Shown piece after piece: positions 13,835 through 24,714 of a stretch of 64,000 nt of DNA. Source of the DNA: Eledone cirrhosa (lineage: Eukaryota). Every line of letters begins with the position of its first letter. Positions within the stretch are counted from its first letter, which is position 1. Location: NCBI GenBank assembly GCA_964016885.1, contig OZ024742.1:215202001-215266000 (forward strand). Direction: 5' to 3'. A program made the position numbers and the translations under genes. The notes under the pieces are model-generated. The model searched no databases. It worked only from the letters and a program-made list of their open reading frames with translations, and had not been told where the DNA came from.

Positions 13835-14552
13835 CGTTTCTGAATTTGTTTAGCAAGATTCTTTATCTGAAATCGTGTGTTGAAACCGATATTGTTATAC
13901 TTTGGGAGGGTCATGTTGCCAATAAGAAACACACGCACTATATATATATAAACAACTATCTGGTTGTGGAACCAACCAACCAACCAGAAATTTATAAATT
14001 TGTAAATTTATAAATATATATTAAATTAAATTGAAGTGAAAGCAACTGGTGCGTGTGTTTCTTATTGGCAACATGACCCTCCCAAAGTATAACAATATCG
14101 GTTTCAACACACGATTTCAGATAAAGAATCTTGCTAAACAAATTCAGAAACGAAATATCGTAAGCCTTAGCCAGGCTAACAAGATACTGAAAACCACCAT
14201 GTTCTGTTGTCTACGAAAAACCATAACATCTCGACAACTACACTTCATAAAACTGTGCACCACTTCTAGAATCTACACCAACACCATCAATACCGACAAA
14301 CAAAATGGCGTAGGATAGAAGAAAGGAAAGGCACAGAAACGAAGAAAGAAATCCCCAGTCACTGAAGAGGTCACAGAGTGTGTGACGAAAGAACTATGAC
14401 TATATATATATAAACAACTATCTGGTTGTGGAACCAACCAACCAACCAGAAATTTATAAATTTGTAAATTTATAAATATATATTAAATTAAATTGAAGTG
14501 AAAGCAACTGGTGCGTGTGTTTCTTATTGGCAACATGACCCTCCCAAAGTAT

Positions 14553-14560
<8 letters not shown>
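13830..14560 (+). mobile_element. Penelope-like/retrozyme-like non-coding unit with direct and inverted partial repeats
   Basis: 13830-13937 is the inverse of ~14050-14157; ~13940-14098 is repeated at ~14403-14558; contains a hammerhead; diverged homolog at ~56505-56600. Confidence 0.6.
14357..14401 (+). ncRNA. Minimal type I hammerhead ribozyme
   Basis: AGTCA-CTGAAGA-G-GTCACA(GAGTG)TGTGAC-GAAA-GAAC-TA-TGACT. Confidence 0.75.
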
Positions 14561-14592
<32 letters not shown>

Positions 14593-15779
14593 CAATTATG
14601 TACTTAAAAAGTGTATTGCTTTCAAATATACCTACTTTGCTTAGCGGAGGGATGAAAATTGAAAAAAGAGTTGTTGAATTCATTGGTTACGACTAGTATA
14701 GGAACGTTTGTATGATTATAGAGTTATATATGAAAGCATATATAGAAATGTAAAATACATTAAATATGCAAGAAGTGTAATAATTAAATTTGATCTATAT
14801 GAATATATATATAAATAAATATATACATGTGCTGCGTGATAGTGAAAAAAGCGCGCATACACACGTTATGTTGTATTTTTACACCGCCATTGGGTCCTCG
14901 CTTCTGATATTTGCATTATATATTCATAAGATGTTACTATTTTTAAATTATATAATTATGTTAATTTGAATGAAACTTTTAAAATTATTTTCAGAAAACA
15001 AAACCAATGCAAAAACAAAGCCATTCAAATACAAACACATTGTGAAATTGTAGCATTAACATATTTATTAGTTTTTTTCTCTAATATTTGTAGAAAGAAA
15101 AATTACTATAATTTAGCTAATTTTAGTTACTAAGCATTAATTAATTATATAAGTCACTAAAGTAGTTTTCTTAAAGTAAATTGATGCTATATATACCCAT
15201 TTGGTATGATTTATTTATGCAGTTTGAAATTAGATTTTATTTACTTTGAAACTACAAGCAAGTTTCAGGAAATCATTTGGTCACGAACTAGATGTCTACT
15301 TCCCTTATTAATAGGCATTTTATCCTTGTTTCATTTTATTTTAGATATTTAAACATGTTGTACATTCGATATTAGTCCGTCAATACATTGTTCAATGACT
15401 CCTCTACTTTTCTCTGTTTGAAGACGGTGTGCTTAAATATGGTGTGAAATTTGTTATTTCTAGCAACTCAAAATACTCTGTAGAGAGCCACTCGTATATC
15501 TATAACTGTGCACGAATTTGAATATTACCTGTAGTTAAGATCTTCTGTTACTTTGCTGAATATTTAATCTCATAAAGTGGACCACCTTATTAATCAACTG
15601 TTCATTTGTGTAAATTAATTTACAATTCATTTAACAGATACATATATTGTATATTCTCATATAAAAGTCATTAAGCAGGGTTATAGTATAACGCACTAAT
15701 TTTTAATATAATTTTAATTGTTAGAAACTATATTCTCCATACATCAAATAATAATAATCTTGATAATAATATTTTACAA

Positions 15780-15885
15780 TTAGAACAAAGCCAACAATTT
15801 AAGGGGCAGGAACAAGTCGATTAAATCAATGCCAGTACTTGAATTGTGCTTTATTTTATCGACAGCAAAAGGGCGGAATGTCTGC
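15780..15885 (-). mobile_element. Decayed family 1 SINE 3' half
   Basis: GTCGATTAAATCAA..CCAGTACT..CTTTATTTTATCGAC resembles the reverse complement of the SINE core. Confidence 0.5.
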
Positions 15886-15894
15886 ACAAGATTG

Positions 15895-15948
<54 letters not shown>

Positions 15949-15983
15949 TAAAAAATAATAATAATAATAATAATAATGATAAT
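15895..15983. repeat. (TAA)n target tract 5' of Dong copy 1
   Basis: Directly visible. Confidence 0.95.
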
Positions 15984-18900
15984 ATAAAAAAACAACAAAA
16001 AGAAAACCCCGTGACCAAGAAATACCGGGATGGCGGCCGGCGGGGAATAGCCATGTCTCTAGGGGAGAACGAACCCTCTAGTCTTGGTTGACACTCGTTC
16101 TAGAAGTGGTAACACGAAATGATTACCCCTTGGCGGATAAGGATAAAACGCGACAAAATAAAGTAAATGTCTAATGATAAAATCTCATACCGGATCGGCC
16201 GTCACCCGGGTAAAATAGGGCCGCGTCCCTCAGAGAGGAACCAGACTGGGGTCGAAAAATCAGCTAATGGTTCAAACCTTCCCATCACTTCGGAGCTGGA
16301 GACCTCCCATAACCGGAATACTCCTACTGTTGGCCCTCAATGCTCACCACCAAGAAATCCAAAGAAAAAGAGAGAAAAATGGTCAAGGGAAGATAATAAA
16401 GAAGTCCTTGAGGCTTTCTACACTGCCATGTACTACCCATCAAATACATCGAATACAGAACAAACATATATCAACTGGAAAAAGAAACATCCCGAAAACA
16501 GAGGCTATATTGACAGTAACAAACTAGCCAATATACGAAGAAATATTGTAAGAAAAAAGTTACTAACTGATATAGAAATTGATCAGATCAAGCTATTAGC
16601 ACAAAGTCAGCGAAGGGAAAATGAAGCATGTGTCAGTGAAAACGAGGTAAACTGTAACACTTCGAATCCCAGGGTTGGGGCGGAATCACTGGCAACAGAA
16701 CAAATTAAAGAAAGGAGCGAAAAAGTGGAGGGTGTGCATGCTCAGGATGAAACTCCAAATGAAAATAATGAGATCGTAAATGATAAAGAAATGAATGAGA
16801 ATGAACTTGCCAACTTGAAGGATGAAATTATGATCGAATGGATGAAAATGAAAGAATCTGACATGGGGCAACGAGACACCCTCCCTACTAAGATCCAGAA
16901 CTCCAAACAGAACCAAAAGATAATACACAAGACTAACATAATTCTCAAAAACATTATCATCACAAACAAACTAAACATTACTGACTTAAATCATCTCTAT
17001 TATGCATCGGCTAAAGTCGCCACTCACTTATGTGGAGTGAAGATGAAAAAACAAAGGAATTCCCACAAGAAATCTACTTGGCAAGATAACATCAATCGCC
17101 AAATAAATCTTCTACGATCTGACATAGAAATTTTAACAAACTATAAAGTAGGTGAACATGTTAAACAAACTAGACTTAGAAAATTGAAAAAAAAGTACAG
17201 TATAAGATCAACATGTGACATAGACATGCTGATAGAAACAATCAAGCAAAAAGTGTCGGCCAAAGCTGCTCGAATAAGGCGCTTTGAAAAACGATCTAGA
17301 TTCTATAAGGACAATAATATGTTCAAAAACAACCAAAGAAACTTCTACAGAAAAATTGGTAAGTCAACAATAACTGCTAAATCAATACCACCCAAGGAGG
17401 AAGTGCAAGAATTCTGGGAAAAGATCTGGGCCGAAGAAAAAGTTCATAACATACATGCCCCATGGATAGACAGACAAATGAAAGATACAGCTCACCTTGA
17501 AGAACAAACATGGAAAAATATAACAGTTGAAAGGTTGCGCTTGGCTCTAAGAAAAACCAACAAATGGAAATCCCCAGGAAAAGACAAAATACCAAACTTT
17601 TGGATAAATGCCTTCACAGCGTCTCATGAACTGTTAGCCCAACTTTACAATGAAATAGTTAAGGAGCCAGAAAACATACCATCATGGCTAGTTAACGGCA
17701 TTACATTCCTGCTTCCGAAGAATGATGAGACAAACAATCCCCCAAATTCCAGACCGATAACTTGCTTGACTACAATGTATAAAATTTTAACATCAGTCCT
17801 AACTGAATACACATATGACCACCTGATAACAAATGACCTATTTCCCATTGAGCAGAAAGGGTGTAAACGAGGCTCATATGGCTGTAAGGATCAGCTTCTG
17901 GTTAACAAAATGATACTGGAAGATTGTCATAATAGACACAAAAATCTATCGATTGCTTGGATAGATTATAAAAAAGCATTCGATCGTTTGCCACACAGTT
18001 GGATTGAAAAATGTTTAGAGATTTTCAAAATATCCCCCGTTGTCAGGAGGTTTTTGTCATTCAGTATGAAGACATGGAGAACGACACTCCTTTTGAATAG
18101 TGAAACAAAATCACTGGAAGCTGGAGAAGTTAATATTAATTGTGGGATTTTTCAGGGTGACTCTTTATCACCGCTTTTATTCTGCATCGCACTTATACCA
18201 TTAAGTAAAATGCTCAATGAAACAAAACATGGATATAGAGTCTATGACAAAACCATTAATCACCTGTTCTACATGAATGACCTGAAACTATTTGCAAAAA
18301 ATGATGAACAATTGCAAGGGCTATTATCCACTGTGAAGCAGTTCAGTGATGACATTAAAATGGAGTTTGGACTGGATAAATGCGCCAAAGCAACGTTCAC
18401 CAGAGGAAAGCTGCTGAAGAGTTCAGACATTAATCTTGATCGGGGGAACGTGATAAGAGAGCTTGATCAAGAAAACACTTACAAATATCTAGGTGTTTGT
18501 GAAGGAAACGGAATCAAGCACTCGACAATGAGGGAAAGGATAAGGAAGGAATGTTACCGCAGAGTCAGAGCAATCTTAAGAACGGAATTGAATGCAAGGA
18601 ATAGGATCGATGCCATAAACACGCTTGCCATACCAGTAGTAACCTACAGTTACAATGTCATCAACTGGTCAAGCACAGAGATCCGTAGACTCGATACAAA
18701 AATCCGAAAATTCTTAACCATGCACAGAATGCATCACCCTAAGGCAGACATAGATAGAATATATCTCCCTAGGAAAGAAGGAGGACGTGGGTTAATCCAG
18801 TTAGACATTGCGTTGAAAACTGCAACAATTGGATTATCCACATATCTAAGGGAATCACATGATTGGATGATCAAACTCGTTTTGAAACACAAAAGCACCA

Positions 18901-19981
18901 AAAAATCATATTCCATTACAAAAGATGCACAAAAATACAGTAATGGACTACAAATTTCAGAAGTCCCATTTACTGCTGAAATGGAAAATACAAAAAAAGC
19001 AAAGCATGTAAAAGTAACTGCAAAGAAAGAATTGCTACAGAAACTGGCTAAGAAATGGCAAGAAAAGCCTCTGTATGGAAAATACCCAGAGCGACCTAAC
19101 AATCCTGATGTTGACAAAACTTTAACCCATCAGTGGTTGGCATCCTCTGGACTGAAATCGGAGACTGAAGGACTGATTATATCGGCACAAGATCAGTGTC
19201 TGCCAACAAAAAATTACCAAGCCAACATAATAAAAAATGGGTGCAGCCCATTATGCCGTGTATGCAAAAAACAACCAGAGACCATTGACCATATAATTTC
19301 AATGTGCTGTCCTATAGCTCCAACCGAATACCTAAACAGGCATGACAGAGCTGCACAATACATACATTGGATAATGTGTAAGCATTTTGACCTGCCCCAT
19401 CAAAAGAATTGGTGGGAGCATCAACCACCTCCCATACTTGAAAAAGATCACATCTCAATCTTGTGGAACTTTAGCATCCAAACAGACCGAGAACTAGATG
19501 CAAATAAACCTGATATAATATTGAAGGACTTTCAAAGGAGGGTATGCCTGCTAATTGATATGTCTGTTCCAATAGACAAGAATGTATCTATAAAAACATT
19601 TGAAAAATTGAGCAAGTATAAGGACCTGGAGATAGAAATTGGAAAAATGTGGAAATTGAGAACTAAAACAATACCAGTGGTTGTAGGCGCTCTGGGAATG
19701 ATACCTAAGGGGTCTAACGACTATTTATCGCAAATCCCAGGAAACCCACGTATAGGAGAAATACAAGAGATAGTACTAATGGGAACTGCCCATATACTAA
19801 GGAAGATCCTGTCAATATAAGTACATCACAAGTCTAAACACTAGGGATGCATGTGTGAATATGTATGTTCTTTCTTGAACATGGCGGACCTTATTGTCTC
19901 TTGAGGTCACTGGTTGTGACTTGGTGATAACTCGTATGAACATAAAGCAAGATAAATGCAAATAATAATAATAATAATAAT
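15984..19981 (+). mobile_element. R4/Dong-clade non-LTR retrotransposon, copy 1 (full length)
   Basis: Single ORF with RT, CCHC and RLE; flanked by (TAA)n on both sides, as is known for Dong elements. Confidence 0.9.
16167..19820 (+). CDS. R4/Dong polyprotein: N-terminal basic/Myb-like region, reverse transcriptase (YMND variant), CCHC knuckle, restriction-like endonuclease
   Basis: KSPGKDKI, RPITCL, IDYKKAFD, GIFQGDSLSP, YMND, YKYLG; CRVC..ETIDHIISMC; KPDII..LIDMSVP..K..KY. Confidence 0.92.
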   Translation: MSNDKISYRIGRHPGKIGPRPSERNQTGVEKSANGSNLPITSELETSHNRNTPTVGPQCSPPRNPKKKREKWSREDNKEVLEAFYTAMYYPSNTSNTEQTYINWKKKHPENRGYIDSNKLANIRRNIVRKKLLTDIEIDQIKLLAQSQRRENEACVSENEVNCNTSNPRVGAESLATEQIKERSEKVEGVHAQDETPNENNEIVNDKEMNENELANLKDEIMIEWMKMKESDMGQRDTLPTKIQNSKQNQKIIHKTNIILKNIIITNKLNITDLNHLYYASAKVATHLCGVKMKKQRNSHKKSTWQDNINRQINLLRSDIEILTNYKVGEHVKQTRLRKLKKKYSIRSTCDIDMLIETIKQKVSAKAARIRRFEKRSRFYKDNNMFKNNQRNFYRKIGKSTITAKSIPPKEEVQEFWEKIWAEEKVHNIHAPWIDRQMKDTAHLEEQTWKNITVERLRLALRKTNKWKSPGKDKIPNFWINAFTASHELLAQLYNEIVKEPENIPSWLVNGITFLLPKNDETNNPPNSRPITCLTTMYKILTSVLTEYTYDHLITNDLFPIEQKGCKRGSYGCKDQLLVNKMILEDCHNRHKNLSIAWIDYKKAFDRLPHSWIEKCLEIFKISPVVRRFLSFSMKTWRTTLLLNSETKSLEAGEVNINCGIFQGDSLSPLLFCIALIPLSKMLNETKHGYRVYDKTINHLFYMNDLKLFAKNDEQLQGLLSTVKQFSDDIKMEFGLDKCAKATFTRGKLLKSSDINLDRGNVIRELDQENTYKYLGVCEGNGIKHSTMRERIRKECYRRVRAILRTELNARNRIDAINTLAIPVVTYSYNVINWSSTEIRRLDTKIRKFLTMHRMHHPKADIDRIYLPRKEGGRGLIQLDIALKTATIGLSTYLRESHDWMIKLVLKHKSTKKSYSITKDAQKYSNGLQISEVPFTAEMENTKKAKHVKVTAKKELLQKLAKKWQEKPLYGKYPERPNNPDVDKTLTHQWLASSGLKSETEGLIISAQDQCLPTKNYQANIIKNGCSPLCRVCKKQPETIDHIISMCCPIAPTEYLNRHDRAAQYIHWIMCKHFDLPHQKNWWEHQPPPILEKDHISILWNFSIQTDRELDANKPDIILKDFQRRVCLLIDMSVPIDKNVSIKTFEKLSKYKDLEIEIGKMWKLRTKTIPVVVGALGMIPKGSNDYLSQIPGNPRIGEIQEIVLMGTAHILRKILSI

Positions 19982-20469
19982 GTCAAAACATATATTAAAC
20001 ATACGCGACAAACCGCATTGATATACAGATCAAACAAACTACAGTCTATTCAACAAAATTCAGTAACGACAACGCCATCACTATAGTCACCGCCGCCACC
20101 ACTCCATCCATCATTGCTACCACTATCCTATCACCGCCGCCACCACTCCTTCATTGCTACCACCTCTATTCCCCCATTACCTTCTGTTAACTTAAGAAAG
20201 GGGAAGGAGGCGGTATCACTAGACAAGGGAGAAGCTAGCAAAAGTTATAAATAGATTGACTTAGTGACCCGGTCACTGGCCAAACGTCAACGTCTATGGC
20301 ACTGCTGGCTCCCCCTTCCTCACCATCAATAGAAAAATCCACAGCACCACCATAGACATAGCCAACAACAATAACAGGCAACTTCAGCAAAAAGTATATT
20401 ATATTATTAATAATTTCATTCTTAAACCACGCAATGCTCACATTAAGGAACCACTCATGATAATAACAA

Positions 20470-23400
20470 ATTAAAAAAACAACAAAAGAGAAAACCCCGT
20501 GACCAAGAAATACCCGGATGGCGGCCGGCGGGGAATAGCCGTGTCTCTAGGGGAGGACGACCCCTCTAGTCTTGGTTGACACTCGTCCTAGAAGTGGTAA
20601 CACGAAATGATTACCCCTTGGCGGATAAGGATAAAACGCGACAAAATAAAGTAAATGTCAAATGATAAAATCTCATACCGGGGTAGTCCGTCACCCGGGT
20701 CAAATAGGGCCGCGTCCCTCAGAGAGGAACCAGACTGGGGTCGAAAAATCAGCTAATGGTTCAAACCTTCCCATCACTTCGGAGCTGGAGACCTCCCATA
20801 ACCGGAATACTCCTACTGTTGGCCCTCCATGCTCACCACCAAAAATCCAAAGAAAAAGAGAGAAAAATCGTTAAGGGAAGATAATAAAGAAGTCCTTGAG
20901 GCTTTCTACACTGCCATGTACTACCCATCAAATACATCGAATACAGAACAGACATATATCAACTGGAAAAAGAAACATCCCGAAAACAGAGGCTATATTG
21001 ACAGTAACAAACTAGCCAATATACGAAGAAATATTGTAAAAAAAAAGTTACTAACTGATATAGAAATTGATCAGATCAAGCTATTAGCACAAAGTCAGCG
21101 AAGGAAATATGAAACATGTGTCAGTGAAAACGAGGTAAATTGTAACACTTCGAATCCCAGGGTTGGGGCGGAATCACTGACAACAGAACAAATTAAAGAA
21201 AGGATCGAAAAAGTGCAGGGAGTGCATGCTCAAGATGAAACTCAAAATAAAAACAATGAGATTGTAAATGATAAATAAATGAATGAGAATGAACTTGCCA
21301 ACTTGAAGGATGAAATTATGATCGAATGGATGCAAATGAAAGAATCTGACATGAGGGAACGAGACACCCTCTCTAAGATATAGAACTCCAAACAGTACCA
21401 AAAGATAATACACAAGACTAACATAATTCTCAAAAGCATTATCATCACAAACAAACTAAACATTACTTATTTAAATCATCTCTATTATGCATCAGCTAAA
21501 GTCACCACTCACTTATGTGGAGTGAAAATGAAAAAACAAAGGAATTCCCACAAGAAATCTACTTGGCAAGAGAACATCAATCGCCAAATAAACTTTCTCC
21601 GATCTGACATAGAAATGTTAACAAACTATCAAGTAGGTGAACATGTTAAACAAACTAAACTTAGAAAATTGAAAAGAAAGTACAGTATAAAATCAACAAG
21701 TGACATAGACATGCTGATAGAAACAATCAAGCAAAAAGTGTCGGCCAAAGCTGCTCGTATAAGGCGCTTTGAAAAACGATCTAGATTCTATAAGGACAAT
21801 AACATGTTCAAAAACAACCAAAGAAACTTCTACAGAAAAATTGGTAAGTCAACTATAACTGCTAAATCAATACCACCCAAGGAGGAAGTGCAAGAATTCT
21901 AGGAAAAGATCTGGGCCGAAGAAAAAGTTCATAATATACATGCCCCATGGATAGACAGACAAATGAAAGATACAGCTCACCTTGAGGAACAAATATGGGA
22001 AAATATAACAGTTGAAAAGTTGCGTTTGGCTCTAAGAAAAACCAACAAATGGAAATCCCCAGGAAAAGACAAAATACCAAATGTTTGGATAAATGCCTTC
22101 ACAGAGTCTCATAGCTGTTAGCCCAACTTTACAATGAAATAGTTAAGGAGCCAGAAAAGATACCATCATGGCTAGTTAACGGCATTACATTCCTGCTTCC
22201 GAAGAATGATGAGACAAACAATCCCCAAAATTCCAGACCGATAACTTGCTTGACCACAATGTATAAAATTTTAACATCAGCTCTAACTGAATATACATAT
22301 GACCACCTGATAACAAATGACCTATTTCTCATTGAGCAGAAAGGGTGTAAACGAGGCTCATATGGCTGTAAGGATCAGCTTGATTAACAAAATGATACTG
22401 GAAGCGTGTCATAATAGACACAAAAATCTATCAATTGCTTGGATAGATTATAAAAAAGCATTCGATAGTTTGACACAGTTGGATTGAAAAATGTTTAGAG
22501 ATTTTCAAAATATCCCCCGTTGTCAGGGGGTTTTTGTCATTTGGTATGAAGACATGGAAAACGACACTCCTTTTGAATAGTGAAACAAAATCACTGGAAG
22601 CTGGAGAAGTTAATATTAATTGTGGAATTTTTCAGGGTGACTCTTTATCACCGCTTTTATTCTGCATCGCACTTAGACCATTAAGTAAAATGCTCAATGA
22701 AACAAAACATGGATATAAAGTCTATGACAAAACCATTAACCACTTGTTCTACATGGATGACCTGAAACTATTTGCAAAAAATGATGAACAATTGCAAGGG
22801 CTATTATCCACTGTGGAGCAGCTCAGTGATGACATTAAAATGGAGTTTGGACTAGATAAATGCGCCAAAGCAACGTTCACCAGAGGAAAGCTGCTGAAAA
22901 GTTCAGACATTAATCTTGATCGGGGGAATGTGATAAGAGAACTTGATCAAGAGGAAACTTACAAATATCTAGGTGTTTGTGAAGGAGACGGAATCAAGCA
23001 CTCGACAATGAGGGAAAGGATAAGGAAGGAATGTTAACGCAGAGTAAGAGCAATCTTAAGAACGGAATTGAATGCAAGGAATAGGGTCGATGCCATAAAC
23101 ACGCTTGCCATACCAGTAGTAACCTACAGTTACAATGTCATCAACTGGTCAAGCACAGAGATCCGTAGGCTCGATACAAAAATCGGAAAATTCTTAACCA
23201 TGCACAGAATGCATCACCCTAAGGCAGACATAGATAGAATATATCTCCCTAGGAAAGGAGGAGGACGTGGGTTAATCCAGTTAGACATTGCGTTGAAAAC
23301 TGCAACAATTGGATTATCTACATATCTAACGGAATCACATGATTGGATGATCAAACTCGTTTTAAAACACGAAGACATCAAAAGATCATACTCTATTACA

Positions 23401-24453
23401 AAAGATACAGTAATGGACAAAGATACAGTAATGGACTACAAATTTCAGAAGTCCCATTTACTGCTGAAATGGAAAACACAGAAAAAGCAAAGCAGGTAAA
23501 AGTAATTGCAAAAAAAGAACTGCTACAGAAAGTGGCTAAGAAATGGCAAGAAAAGCCTCTGTATGGAAAATACCCAGAACGAGCTAACAATCCTGATGTT
23601 GACAAAACTTTAACCCATCACTGGTTGGCATCATCTGAACTGAAATCGGAGACTAAAGGACTGATTATATCAGCACAAGATCAGTGTCTGCCAACAAAAA
23701 ATTACCAAGCCAACATAATAAATAATGGATGCAGCCCATTATGCCGTGTATGTAAAAAACAACCAGAGACCATTGACCATATAATTTCAATGTGCAGTCC
23801 TATAGCTCCAACCGAATACCTGAACAGGCATGACAGAGCTGCACAATACATACATTGGATAATGTGTAAGCATTTTGACCTGCCCCATCAAAAGAATTGG
23901 TGGGAGCATCAACCACCTCCCATACTTGAAAAAGATCACATCTCAATCTTGTGGAACTTTATCATCCAAACAGACCGAAAAATAGATGCAAATAGACCTG
24001 ATATAATACTGAAGGACTTTTAAAAGAGGGTATGCCTACTAATTGATATGTCCGTTCCAATAGACAAGAATGTATCTATAAAAACATTTGAAAAATTGAG
24101 CAAGTATAAGGACCTGGAGATAGAAATTGGAAAAATGTGGAAATTGAGAACTAAAATAATACCAGTGGTTCTAAGCGCTCTAGGAATGATACCTAAGGGG
24201 TCTAATGATTACTTATCGCAAATCCCAGGAAAGCCGCGTATAGGAGAAATACAAAAGATAGTACTAATGGAAACTGCCCATATACTAAGGAAGTTTCTGT
24301 CAATATAAGTACATCACAAGTCTAAACACCTAAAGATGCATGTGTGAGTATGTATGTTCTTTCTTGAACATTGCGGACCTTGTTGGCTCTTGAGGTCACT
24401 GGTTGTGGCTTGGTGATAACTCGTATGAACATAAAGCAAGATAAATGCAACTG

Positions 24454-24490
<37 letters not shown>
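20470..24490 (+). pseudogene. R4/Dong copy 2, full length but disrupted
   Basis: Highly similar to copy 1 along its length; nonsense codons (e.g. 21276, 21900, 23035, 24021), frameshifts, ~19-bp tandem duplication near 23400-23438; YMDD intact; (TAA)n tail. Confidence 0.92.
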
Positions 24491-24714
24491 GTTTTCTTTA
24501 TTAACCACAAGGGTTCACATAAAGTAGACATTAAGGACAGTACAGAACAATACAGGACGGTACAAATGGGCATTTCTGCGTGTAAAAAAACAAAGAAAAA
24601 ATTCCCCAATAGGGGGGAGACTTCCAAGGGACATTTGTGGAGAAAGCCCATTAAAAGACCACAGTGGCCCTGACCACCAGGGCAAGTGCCCTCTCCCAGT
24701 TTTCCACCTTTAAT

